A DNA stretch of 64,000 nucleotides from Takakia lepidozioides. Lineage: Eukaryota > Plantae > Bryophyta. Where the stretch lies: positions 35,712,001-35,776,000 of the forward strand of contig CM060732.1 of NCBI GenBank assembly GCA_030704615.1, given 5' to 3'. Below are positions 26,460 to 39,420 of this stretch, one piece after another. The notes below the pieces were generated by a model. That model was not told the DNA's origin. It did not search any database and worked only from the letters and a program-made list of their open reading frames with translations. Positions within the stretch are counted from its first letter, which is position 1. Each line of letters opens with the position of its first letter. The translations under genes and the position numbers were made by a program.

Positions 26460-28425
26460 GATCACCATGGACCTTTGTGTCCTTTTTAGGGCTGCCAGGC
26501 TCACATTTGTCATAGATGTACACCAAGGGAATGTTCAGAATGACATCTGGTACAATTCCAGCTTTGATAATGTCACCATGAACCTCTTTGCCCCTTCCTA
26601 GGGCTGTTAGGCTCGCACATGCATATTACAAACACAAATGAACATGACCTGGTCTGGCTTCATCCCTTCCCACATCATTTGCTCTTAGGTTTCCAAAGCC
26701 TTAATCCCATACCCATGTTGCACATACCTTGCAATCATGGCACTCCAAAACACCACATCTCGTTCAGCCATATTGTCAAACTCTCCCTTCGCATCAGGCT
26801 TGCTGCATCCACATTTGGCATACATGTCCACCAGGGCAGAGTTCAGAAGGACAACTGGCATGCAGTCTCTTGGCAGGAATAGTTGAAGGAGCAGGGATGG
26901 AATGTGGGTTCAGATTCATGCAAGAGGGCTGCTTCCCGCACAAAACTACCTATGATTATTTGCCCTGCCCCCTATAAACCAAGGAAACAATTCAGTAGAT
27001 TCAAATACTTAGCTCTGTCTCTTGCAAGCACGACACCACATCTCGATCAGCCATACTGTTGAACACTCCCTTGGCATCCTCAATGCACCCACATTAATTG
27101 GCATACATGTCCACCAGGGCAGGGTACAGAATGACATCTAGTACAAATCCAGCTTTGACGATGTCACCGTGGACCTCTTTCCCCTTTTCCAGAGCTCCCA
27201 GCCTTGCACACGCATTGCAAACAGTACAAAACGTGATGTGGTTGGGCTTCACCCTTCATGCAGCAGTTGCTCATAGGTATCCAAAGCATTCCTACCACAC
27301 CCATCCTTGGTGAATCCTGCCAACATTATATTCCACGTGATCAAAGATCGTTGAGGCACTCTGTGGAAAACTTGGTGGGCATCCACGATGCTCCCACACT
27401 TAACATACATGTTGACAAGGGTGTTGAGTAGAAAAACATTTGGCATGAATCCACTTTGGATAATGTGAGTATGTCCAGTTTCCAGACCTTTCATCTTGAT
27501 GCACTTAAGCAAGAGACAGACATACGTATCTGAATCTGCTGAAATGCTCGTTGGTTTAAAGTCTGTAGAGCCTCTGTCAGTCTGCCTGCATCACAAAGCA
27601 TCTTCACATGCCCAGCAGAAGAGGCATTGTGGACTCCCTCTTTTGATCCTCTTTCAGAAGTTGTGGTCATGGTTGAGGTGCCTGATTTTATCAACTGTGC
27701 CGCTGCAGCTGCTACCTTAGTTGACCATCTACCCATGCAGGTTTCTTATAGCTATTGATCCACATGGAATCATAGGTAATCTGGAGCTTAAAGTCCGGCC
27801 TTCTTGGATGAACGTGGACCCACACTCTATCCCTGCTCCTTAAGCTATCCATGCCTCTGCACAAATCATGCATACATCCTTGCCTTGTTGTTAGCACCTG
27901 ACACTGACAGCCTGGATTTGTTCTAAGAAACACCCAACTCAACTTATCACACTAGTTCCTATGATCAATTGCATCTGCTACTCTTTGTAATCCAACATGC
28001 ATTCGCCTTTTTTCCTCGATTGTCCCATCATTGACTGGGGTCAAAAAAGTATTTATTCCACAGCTTCTCCTCGCCTCAGCTGTTACCTGTTTCTGGATAC
28101 TTCCCTGTTGTCACATTGGCAGTACCATGTCAAAGTCACTCCAAACTATCAAAGGTTCACTCAACCAGCTAACTTGCAGAATTCAACATAAAAATTTAGG
28201 GCCGATTATGATAAGAGGATAAAACAGGGTGAAATGTGTTGAAGAAGATACCTTCATTAGCAGTGTCTGATTTTATCAATTGAGCCGTTGCTACTGCGGC
28301 TTCCAGTTCATCATCTACCCATGCAGGTTTCATGTAGCTACCCTTCCACAGGGAATCATAGGTAATCTGGAGCTTGAAATTCGGCCCTCTTGGATGAATC
28401 TGGACCCACACTTTATCCCTGCTCA
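26460..28425 (-). pseudogene. PDF-motif + PLS-PPR pseudogene (target of the CACTA insertion)
   Basis: Exon IHPRGPNFKL..PAWVDDEL (about 28400-28252), exon WNKYFFDPSQ*WDNRGKK (about 28105-28006), then VHPRRPDFKL..WVDGQL followed by PPR repeats. Frameshifted. Confidence 0.8.
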
Positions 28426-29148
28426 AGTCCCATGACTCACTCATCACTGAACGCAATCCCGCAACCCTAAATCCATTTTGAATTATTTGGATGAATGTAT
28501 CATAGATAGATGGATTTTTGGGTTTTCCATCAATCCATCCATCCATCCATTTGGTTTTTTACTAGTTCATCCATCCATTTTAATTTCATCCATTCATTTT
28601 AAAGTGAGTTTCACTGCCGATTGACTACAACTAACTACTGTTGATAATGTAGTTATTTTATTTGACTATTTTATTTTATTTCATCCAGTGCACAAAAATT
28701 ATATTTCATACATTCATCCAATAGTTGCCAGCAAGGCATTTTTTTAAAAATTTTGTTCAGATAATTCAGTTGTTTTGTTTCACTAACCTTAACCAACATA
28801 CGATTAGTTTACTATTAATGTGCTGGGTCAGTGAAAAAGTAGTTAAATATTTTTACTTCTTATTATCCACATATATATTGCTATATAATTTATATATTGT
28901 GATTACACGTGCCATTGCTTAACTGGTTGTCTCAGTCAGCTCATTTTAAGTAGTCAAAGTCTCTCACTTAAGTCAAAATTTTCGCGGTCGTCTAGCATCT
29001 CGAATATTTTAATATAATTTTTGACTGTGCAAAATGGTTGGAACGAAAGTGACAACAGTCAACGCCATCGTCAAAACTATATCACCATAGACCTACCACC
29101 AGACTATAACCTCCACCATGCCAAGGGCTTGTCTTTATTTTTCATATA

Positions 29149-30162
29149 CAGTAGACCCTCTTTAAATGTTACCTCCGTATATGTTATATATCTTTTATTG
29201 TTACGTTTTTTATACTCCGTAGAATATTACACTAGGAAAAAGTCCAAGAGTGTTATTTGTTATATGTTAGGAAAGTCATACTCTCTATGGTGTAAAGCCA
29301 CCCTCTATATTTGTTACATGTCATTATGCACCTCCAATTAGTTGGTGGGATTTGGAACCTCCGATTAAGATCACAACCATAGTGATGTTGCCTCCCAATA
29401 CAACGAGTAAGTGGCAACCTATGGATGCAGGAATCATAAGATGTTTCAAAGCTCATTACAAAAAGCTTTTTATTCATCATCAAATTGAGAGTTTAATGGC
29501 CGATAGAGCTCCCACGGTTGATGCATACCAAGCTGTCCAGATGGTTGAGCAAGCATGGCGCATCCATGTAAATTGTGATACCATTAGGCATTGTTGGAGG
29601 CATCGTGGTTTGTTTCAAATGCCGAACCTGAATGGGAGAACGGAGATTGGTGATGCTTCCGGATGAAGTACAAATGTAGAGTTGGATGAAATTGATGGAC
29701 TTTTGTTTCAGTTCGCTGAGCTTTCCGTCCTTCATGGTGTTGAGGCTCTGACCATGATGCCTTGGAGTTTCTTAATTTTGAGGCTCAATTTGATTTAAAC
29801 GAGCCATTTCAACCAAACGATGATGAGATTTGGGACATGGTTGGTCCAACGGAAGAAGTCGAGGAGCACGACGAAGAGGAAATTTTAATTCCACAAGAGT
29901 CAGCAGTATTATTTTCAGAAGTTAATGCCGCAACACATACTATTCAGCTTTATATCAAAATGTTAGACAAATGGACATTTTTTCTTATTTAAATTTAAAT
30001 TAATGTGTAAATGTTACTTTCCATCTAGCGGACCTTGTTAAGTGTGACCTTTATAATTGTTAGGGTGGGATATTTTTCCCTCTTTTACGGTTAGTTGCTA
30101 TATATCTGTAAATGTTATGTTTTCCTTACTCTCCATGCATAACATTTAAAGAGGGCCGACTG
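29149..30162 (+). mobile_element. pogo/Tigger-like DNA transposon, internally deleted (1014 bp)
   Basis: 23-bp TIRs CAGTAGACCCTCTTTAAATGTTA with 2 mismatches, TA TSDs, and DDE_1-type remnant LPPNTTSKWQPMDAGIIRCFKAHY..AW..TIRHCW. Confidence 0.9.
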
Positions 30163-30461
30163 TACAAGAGAAACAGGGTAATAGGGACTATTTAAATGTA
30201 GTGGGGCCTGTGTCAGGTCCTTGTCCCCTCTGCACAATGCTGCCTCAGAAGGAGTTCCCATAACGTTCCCATAACGCATGACCTTGGCACGCAGCAGTGT
30301 CGGGCCATTCCTAAACACCCGGCGGGGCGTCCGCTCGATGTAGTTTTTTAACGCAGGTGAAACGTTATGCAGATAGAAGTGTGTTCCTTGAAAGCTACAA
30401 ACTGTAGTAGGGCGCCACTATGTGGGAAGGCGCACTGAGAGCAAGAAAAGGAGGAAATAAC

Positions 30462-31132
30462 CAGTGTTCTGGTATGTGCAGAAGTATATGCACTGGTATT
30501 AGATACTAGACCAGTCTGGTATAATTTGGGAGAATACTTGGTCATATACCAGGACCAGGCTGGTATCAGTTTTTTCATACCAGCCACAATACCAATACTT
30601 CCCCCGGCGTCTTCCTCATTTACTTTGGTATGTATATGATAACCAGCATGTAGCCCAGTGGTAATGGGCACATACCATGATGGATGTGGTTGTGGGTTCA
30701 AACCACGGTTTGGTGTGTCATGAAGGTGTCCACCTTTCAGCTGGAAGTAGCCCTTGTGGTGAAGAGACACCATAAGATACGCCTCCGAAGGGAGGTGTCA
30801 TACTTTACTTTTTTGGTATGTATATTGTACTAATTTATGTGTACATATGCCTACACATTTGTACTTATGTATATTTAGTTCTTTATTGTATTATATTTGT
30901 TTTCACTTGATACTTGGTATTTGATAAACTTGTTATTCAATGATGGCTTTGGAATGATACCAGAGTTGATATCTCATACCAGCTGGTATTGTGGTCAAGA
31001 CACTCATACTCATACCAGTATCTGGAAAAAGATACATCTATTATTATATAGACCAGACTGGTATGAAAGTTTGGCGATAAGTATGGTACCAAGACCATGG
31101 TATGTCCTAAAACTGATACCAGTACAACACTG
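30462..31132. mobile_element. hAT-type MITE (671 bp)
   Basis: Termini CAGTGTT/AACACTG, perfect 8-bp TSD GAAATAAC (30454-30461, 31133-31140), many GGTAT/ATACC subterminal motifs. Confidence 0.85.
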
Positions 31133-31557
31133 GAAATAACATTATACTGACGTCACCATTTGCCTTGTTGGATCTTAGCAACCAATCCCTGCCATTGAAA
31201 CTGGGTCCCACCAAGGAGCCACCAAGGAAGGATGGGCCTTGTGTGCCGCTCCCCTTGCAACGGTGGGAAGACGCCGTCCTCCGACGTGCGTCCTGCCAAC
31301 GGAGGCAAATGGTATGTGTGGCGTATGTGTGGCCTGGCTATAAGCAAGGGATCAAAGATTGTCGGAAGACAATGCAAGGAGGACCTCATTGTAGATGTTG
31401 GCCTGTTTGACAATGAGGCTTGCAATCAGTTTCTCTTAACAAAGCTAGCTTCACTTTGCGTACTAAATCCATAACATTATTATGCAATGCAAAGTTCAGA
31501 CTTTGCAACATATTACTTAGTGAAATCAAGTATGCTTCTAAATTAAAGGCATATTAA

Positions 31558-32377
31558 CCCTTAAGTTCCCAAGCGACCTCAATCCGGTCACTTTGAATTT
31601 GAGGTTAGACCTAATTTTTGCAGATCTAATCTGATGGGGCCCACTCCTGAAGCTTTAATGACAAGGGATTTGTCTAGTATGATGCAAAAAACAAAACTAA
31701 AAAAAAACAAAAGCTGCGACCTACAAAAATATCTTAGATCTCATTTTTACGTTTTGGGCCTGAAAAGGGCTTGTTGACCGCTGACGTGGCAGTAAAACAA
31801 GCCCAAAACAGATTGCACTCCAAAGGCCATTTTTGGCAGAAGATTAGCAATTTTGGAAAAAGCACTTCACCTTGTGGTGTGTGAGCATTACATACACACA
31901 TCCACCATTGGCTTTCAAAATTTTTGTAGAAAAAAAAGTACTTCATTTGGAGGCACATTTTCTCTTGTCAATTTTGAGATTTCAACCCCCATGTAATTGC
32001 ATGCATAGCAAGCATAGGTGAAAAAATCAGTTGGACCTGCAATTTAGTGGGGTCATAGCCACTCCACTATTGATTTGGAAATGGTGGGTCTTCGGGCAAG
32101 CAAAATTGGATAAAGCTAGGTTTTGATTTGGTCAAACCTATTTCTTTCTCACTTTTTCTTTGGGACCTGATATTTGAGGTCTGGGCCAACGCTATAATCT
32201 CACAATTTCCACGGTGGACTTGGCTCATTTTTTGGTATGTCATGCATACATGAGCTGCGCCCATTGCTATAAGGCTGGAATCTCTGGATGATTTTTGGTA
32301 GGTTTCTAGGGGCAATTTACCGCAGCTGGGTACCCAAAATTGGTAAAAAGTCAAAAAAGGGCTTGGGAACTTAAGGG
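31558..32377. mobile_element. piggyBac-type non-autonomous element (820 bp)
   Basis: Perfect 17-bp TIRs CCCTTAAGTTCCCAAGC / GCTTGGGAACTTAAGGG with TTAA on both sides. Confidence 0.85.
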
Positions 32378-32478
32378 TTAAGAAATGTAATACCCGCCTG
32401 ACATCTCATGGTGGGTTTGCAGTTTGCAGCAGCAGCAACCCTGGGGATCTAATCGCTGCTGCATCTCTCACAAGGGGG

Positions 32479-34962
32479 ATGGAAATGGAGGTGGGTTTCT
32501 TAGGACTGGGCATTATGGGTATGGCCATGGCCCGGAACCTGCTCAAGAAAGGTTTCAAAGTCACGGTATGGAACCGCACCTCCGCAAAGGTATGCCTCTC
32601 ACTGATTCGAGTGCTTAGCTAAAAATATCTAATCGCATCATTGTCATTGAGACCGTATGTCAATGTACCGACAATTAGTGGTCCATGTAGCCCATCAATG
32701 GCCACACCTTAGAGGTTTTGCAGTCTCGATTATCTGAAGCGTTGAATTTTCAGGGTGAATTTGAGCTCAGCTGCTTTGGAATCTAGGTAATTTACGATGA
32801 GGAATTATTACTTGTATCGCCTCTTCAAAGGAGCTGCATCTAGGGGATTATTATCTTTGCTTGAGACGGAGATACTTCGAATTTCTTTGATAGCCATTGG
32901 TTCACATTGAGTCTTTGCTGCCCCTCTTTGTTCGAATTCATCTCTGCATCTGGAGAATTGCGGATGCCACCATATAGAATGTAGGAAACGTATGCGTGCA
33001 ACCAATGGAGAACGCGTAAACCTATATTTAAGGGATTTTGGCTTTTTCTCAAGGACGATGCTCCGAAGTTAGTGTACAAGTTGCATCCAAAATTTTTTGC
33101 AGGGATGCTTTTACAAAATGATTATATGATGGGTTTGCCTTATTAATTCTATTTCATGTGTCCTGGGGTACTGCAATGGGACCTGGTCATGGAGACCTCT
33201 GCAGAGTTAACCTTCGTTCAGAATGTATGTGTTGAAGATCAGTTTGCATTACCCACAAAATCCTCCCATGCCCTAATCTGTAGGTAGGTCAGTCAGATTT
33301 GTCTGGTGTTGGCATGTGTTTGTAGTGCAAGGAGCTTGCTGAAGAGGGAGCAGCTATTGGAAGCACTCCAGCGGAGGTTGTCAAGAAGTGTGTTGTCACC
33401 ATAGCCATGCTGGCTGACCCTACTGTTGCTCTTTTGGTGAGACAGATTACCCTGTATCTTCTACCCTTTGTGCTAGTTTCCTTAGAGCCTCTACATACTA
33501 GGTGGATAATTTGCTTGAGAAGGTCACTTCCCAGTCTGTGAGAAGTTGGTTCTTTTTGTTTCATCCTAATTTGCTGAAGTTGACTGAGTTTGTTGAAAAC
33601 AGGTGGCATTGGGGCCTGATGGAGTGGTAGAGCAAATAGGGCCGGGCAAAGGTTATGTCGACATGTCGACAGTTGATCCTGAGACTTCGGCAAAGATTTG
33701 TGAGGTTCGTAATTCTGTGGAGACAGATTTGTATACTTGGAGAAATTGTACTCATAAGACGTTGTTTGCCGTAGCCTTGTGGCCATTGACCCCGCGCCCA
33801 GTTTGAGCGGGAACAAAAGGGACAGAACCTACCTCTGTCAGGGGCTGACGTTGGTAGTAAGACTTACCTCCATATAAAGAATTAATCCGGGTTTTCCAGA
33901 TATCCTCTAGAAATCCCTTCACACAAGCATCAATCTGCTGTGTGTGATTTGCCCAAAAACTAGGCCTCAGGAGGGCCTAGGCTTTTGGCTCAGCCTCGAG
34001 ACTTTCAAAGTTGGTAAACAGGGGTACAGGCACAATTCCATTAATAGATTTGAAGAGAGCGTCTCTTTGGTGAGAGAACCCTGGACAGTGTATCAGAAAA
34101 TGAATACTGTCTTCAGATTGCCCACACAACGGGCAATTGCACTCTCCCTTTCCTCTCTGCTTCTGTTTGCTGTTCAAAGGTAGGCTTCCTGCCCTGAGTT
34201 TAAATTTCAGTCTAGTGCCGAGAGTGGGTAGACCCTTGAGGTCATCCAAGATGTCCTCCCCCATGTCACAGACTGGAAACAAGTTCAGGGAAGTTTTCTG
34301 CCTAACTTCATTTTCATCAGACAATCTCATGGCAACAGACATGGCTGAGGACACTACAGCCTCTAAGTCAGATTTATCCAGCAGGGTCAAGACTTGCGGA
34401 TCCAGGTCCAGGTCCTTGAGGATCTCTTCTACTCTCTTCTGCCAGGACTTAGCCTGTTTGACAGGGCGGTCCTGTTTCCAAGATATAGAGTCGATTAACT
34501 TAGGATATCTGGTGTTGGGCATATGTTGCAGCTGACCCCACCATCTGACCTTGAATTCATCTCGTCGGGAGCTTAAGGACGGAACGCCAAACTCACCCCG
34601 AACAGCCACATTGGCTATTTGGAGCATGCTGACATACACTCCTTAAGCACCCCCACTTGAATGGATTCTAGAGACTTAGCCTGGTTGGAGTTATCAACCC
34701 ATATAGCAGATCCGTACTCCAAGGCAGGTCTAATAACGCGACAAAGCATAGTTTTCTTAACCTCAGAGTTGACCCCTCTGCAGTGGAAAAATTTAGTGAG
34801 CCCCAGAGTTTTGCCCTTGCCAGTTTGAACAACTTTCCGGATATGTGCATCCCAATTACAATTGGAGGAGAACTCTACGCCCAGGTAAGTGTAGGAAGGG
34901 AGGACTGGGATCTCTTGGCTACCCCACTGCCACTTAAGATCACTTCCTCCCTCTCCTCTGTC

Positions 34963-35025
<63 letters not shown>

Positions 35026-38000
35026 AATGAAATGAAATAGTACTCCATATCGTCTGGAGAAAGCTCGAAGAGCTTATGGGATAAGAGAAGAAAGAAATTT
35101 TCTAATGGCCGGGGGAAGCTCAAAGAGAACAAAGTATGGAACAAGAAGGCCTTTAACAAGCAGCCCGAAAATATCATTCAAGGTTCAACATCAAGAGATT
35201 CTCTAAAGGTGGAGAGCCTCGGGTAGATATTTCTGATCCTCATAGTAGAGACAGTGGAAAAAGAAATGTTCTTTACTCTCAATCTTCTGTCTGTCTTCTC
35301 TAGCGCAGCTAGATACAAGCTCCAGGTTGTCCCATCCACCTCCTAAGGTTGTGTGAGCCCACCCCAAACCTTCCCAAAGGGCGTAGAAGAGATGAGAGAA
35401 AGAAAGAACGAAATTTTAGAGTGTCCAGAGAAGCCCACAAGGGCCAATGGACAGGGTAGAACAAACCAAGAACTACTTGAGGATACATTACGTGTTGCCC
35501 AAAGACAAAGTGCCTCAAGCAGGTTAGTTGCGAGGCACTTCGGGTCTTGCTGACAGCCTCCAATAAAGCTTGGGAAATCTCTAAGAGATAACAACAGTAT
35601 CTCCCACTGATCTTGGAGCACGCAGGAGAGGACAAGAAACAGTGAAGCTCTGTTTCCACTTCTTGCTTGTCCGGACCAGGTAGATTGTAGCCTCTTGCTG
35701 TTTATCTCTAGACAATTTCCTCGTTTCAACCCACACCCCGTCAGATCCAATTGGAAGGTGCTAAGGGGGCCTGTGTGAGGTCTGTAGATAGTTTTCCCTA
35801 GAGATAGCAGGGCATAATTAGGCGGTTGTTCTTGATTTTGAGGAAAGTTTCTCTCTGCACTTGAGAGCGTTTGTGGTTACCTCTCTGGGCCCATATTTGT
35901 TTCAGATACAGAGAAGGAATCTGAGCAACAGAGGGTGAGTGTAATTGAAATGCAAATAGTGGGCCAACTACGTTACAAATTCTAGGTGCATGTCTTACCT
36001 GTGCAGGCAGTTATAGCCAGAGGGGCGCGTTTTTTGGAGGCACCCGTGTCAGGGAGCAAGAAACCTGCAGAGGATGCCACTCTCATCATTCTCGCTGCTG
36101 GCAATAAGGTACACTACAATAATGTTGTCATGCTAATCAATTATGATAGTTATGATAGAATTGTATCTTGTCCATATTTTCTCTGTGAAACAGGACAAAA
36201 CTCCATAACCTGGTTCCTCATGACTATGGTGAGGTGCTTATAAATAAATAGAAGTAGCAAGTATCTCTGAGGACACTTGAAATCATCCGATGCTCTAACA
36301 GTAGTAGAGACTGCTACGGAGTCCGAATGATCAGAGTTTGCTTCATTTTCTAATGAGTCTAGTTCAAACATATCCATTGTTGCTTATGGCAGGCTTTGTA
36401 TGATGAGGTCACACCGGCCTTCGCTGCAATGGGAAAGAAGACCTTCTATCTGGGTGATGTTGGAAGCGGCGCCAAAATGAAATTAATTGTGAACATGATT
36501 ATGGGCAGGTAGAAGACCGCTGCACTCTTCTTACTCTCTCTTACAGTTGATGTTACCTTTGGAGCCAAGATGGTCATCACATTGCTAGGGCCAGAGAGCC
36601 TACTGTTAGCACTAGAATCACTTAACCTGTTTCCTTCATCAACAAGAATGCACAGCCAAAACATGCATTTGTTTCACTCTCTCTCTTCTAAGTTCTGACC
36701 CTTCTCAACTTTGGCTCAGACAAGAGTAAAGTCTGCCTACTCACTGATATGGAGCTCACTTGGCCAGTATGAGACCACTCTTTTGTATTGTAAGCTTGCT
36801 TTGCTGGACCCTAAACCCTAAACCCTGTAACTGTCCCTCTCTGTAAGTGAAATACTTGGCGCCTATAATACACAGTTGTCACCTCTGCCTCTATGTAACA
36901 CAACTTCAATCACAGAATATGAAGCACAAAAATTAAGGAAGGAAAAAGAGAGAGACGAAAGAAGGGTAGAAGGGGTGTCTAAGCAGACTTCGCTTGTTGT
37001 AGCAATGTAGCCACTGGGGTGCAGAGAGAGGATGGAAAACTATGACATGAGAGGAGAAGATGGCTGATATGGACTGTCCTTGTATGGTGGCAGCATCATG
37101 GCCTCCTTCTCAGAGGGCCTGGCAGTGGCAGACAAGGCAGGCCTAAGCCAGCAAACTCTTCTTGATGTTTTGGTACCCTCCCTACCTGACCTCCATCTTG
37201 CCTTTGCTACCTCCTCTTCAGATGGGAGCCCATATATATTAAATCATGTCTACTATCAAATCAGTGCCCTAGGACAAATTGTCCACACGCCCTCGAATCC
37301 TGAGAGTCCAGCCAGTGGACATGCACTTGGCATAAGCCATGTAAGCAGATTCAGAGAAGCCTCGTGGCCAGGAGTCATTGCATCTGTTGAGCAAGTGTTT
37401 TATTGTATTACTTACTGTTGGATGCTTAGAATATCACAACTGTTTTGAGACAATAGTTACCGGGAGGACACCTAAACGTGTTGGTTGGCAAGATGGAATG
37501 TGAGGACCTTTAGGTTGTATTTGCATTGATGGAGTGAATGGCTGTCCTTGAAACAGATGGTAGTGTGGGTTGTGAGTGCAGGAGTTAGCAGCAGTAGGGA
37601 ATGGTATGTTCAAATTGAAAGGACCTACAATGATAGCAGGCAAGTATACACCAGCTTTCCCATTGAAGCACCAGCAGAAAGACTTGCGGCTGGCACTTGC
37701 TCTTGGAGATCAAGTTGAACAATCAATGCCTGTGGCAGCAGCCGCTAATGAGGTATCGAACTGACCCTGGAATGCTGTTGTTATTCACACCTACCATGCT
37801 GTTGGAAACTTAATGTCAGCAGTCATCACCTTTGAAGTGTTCCTTCACTGAGGGACTGGTTTTACTAACTCATTCCTACGAAGCTGCTACAACAACTTCA
37901 AATGCCATAGCTGTACAGCATTCTGCAACCCATACACAAATAATTTAGTTTGGATTCAGGGGGCATATTTGATGCCACCTTCTTCATGTGATGCCGGTAC

Positions 38001-38275
38001 CAGCATTCTACCTTTCACATGTCACACATCCCTCTGCTGCCACTCACGCTGTACAGTCCCAATGCCTGCAGTGCCCTTTAGGTAGCAAACTGGACATGGG
38101 AGAGCGATAGAGGGATAGTAGTTACTGCCATAGGTTTTTCTCAAATAATTTTGATTTCCACTTGCAGGTATACAAGACAGCCCGAAGCTTGGGATTAGGT
38201 GATGATGACTTTTCGGCTGTGTTTCAAGTGATTGCCCATGGATCTGAAGTGACAAATAAAGTCCCTGCAAAATGA
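32479..38275 (+). CDS. GLYR1: Glyoxylate/succinic semialdehyde reductase 1-like, 299 aa (exons 32479-32589, 33326-33436, 33603-33704, 36007-36108, 36393-36508, 37094-37172, 37582-37752, 38168-38275)
   Basis: [16 protein letters not shown]; YVDMSTVD; [15 protein letters not shown]; [11 protein letters not shown]; [16 protein letters not shown]; DDDFSAV. All introns are GT-AG and the 900 nt join in frame. Confidence 0.93.
33748..34965 (-). mobile_element. 5'-truncated RTEX-like LINE copy in GLYR intron 3
   Basis: Near-identical to about 56680-57813. Its 5' end abuts a (GA)n tract. Confidence 0.9.
34966..35021. repeat. (GA)n microsatellite
   Basis: Perfect GA run of about 28 units. Confidence 0.95.
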
Positions 38276-39420
38276 TCTGGAGCATTTCATGTCATGGAGG
38301 CTGCTGCATTTATACACACTGAAAAAATATTAACTGAAAATTGATTATACAATTTGACGTCGCGCCCTCACTGTTAAGTTCTTGTCCATTATTAATGGTT
38401 TCCACTACGTTTGTCATTGTCAAACACTGCATTTTCAGCTTGCCATCATGAAACAGTGTTGGTATGATCATGTGCAACCTGCCTACAAATGACCCTGGCA
38501 TCCCAGTATACTAAAAATGGAGGTTAGAAAGGAGTGTTCCTCCCTTGCAGAAATGTGCAAGGTGCAGATATTTGAGCTTCCTGAGTGAACTTCCTCTTTC
38601 TCCTTTCTTTCACTCTCTTCACCACCATTGCCACCATCATCCAGGGGCAAAGTTGAAGATCTTGTTTTTACTACCCAGGCTGGGACACTTGAGTTTATAT
38701 GCATCAACATTGCTTTCTTCTACCTTCCATGACTCCAGCTTGAAGTTGATCATATCCGGTTGCATAAGAAAATACCCAACTTTCCAGTAAACTGCCTGAC
38801 CATCTTGTGGACCCAGTTTGTCGTTTATGTGGAATGAGAACTTCCACAAACATCCAACGTTGGTCTCTCTCTCTCTCGTTTTTTGTAATTGCCTCATTGT
38901 TTGGGGGCATGTTTGTGCGACATGTCTGTCTCTTGACGGGAAGATGGAGTGACCACTGCAAATAGAGCTGTAAAAATATAGCGCAGAGGGATGGTACTGA
39001 GGTTTGTGGTTGCTGTGGGGTGCCAAGCAGTACTAGTCGCCAAGTACCCATCGTGCCACCCTGGCAAGGGCACCTCTAAGCTCTACAACTGTTGCTATAA
39101 TAAATACAATCACGAGGGCGACGTCCATCTTTCCGCCCTCGCTACTCCTACCAGGTACTCAACTTCTGCTTGTGCTCAAGGGGATGGTGGGATAAACTTG
39201 AGCACGCTTCGACGTCAACAGCTGCTTTCGTAGACCATAGCGAGAAAGAGTGCACCTACCCAGTAGGCTTGTCCATAGGAGCAAGTGCCACCCAGGAGCA
39301 GGTGCCATGAGTTGTACATGCATCAGATTTGTGCACTGTCGTGACACTACCTCAAGGGTATTACCTTACGGATGCGGACCTGACTGCAGACCATGCAGAC
39401 CATGCAGACCTGTGTGTATG

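Noticed and set aside
35200-35930. Possible old L1 fragment in GLYR intron 3
   Set aside because: Too degenerate to support by eye.
36809-36826. Telomeric CCCTAAA repeats
   Set aside because: Only about 2.5 units in an intron, which is common by chance or as a telo-box.
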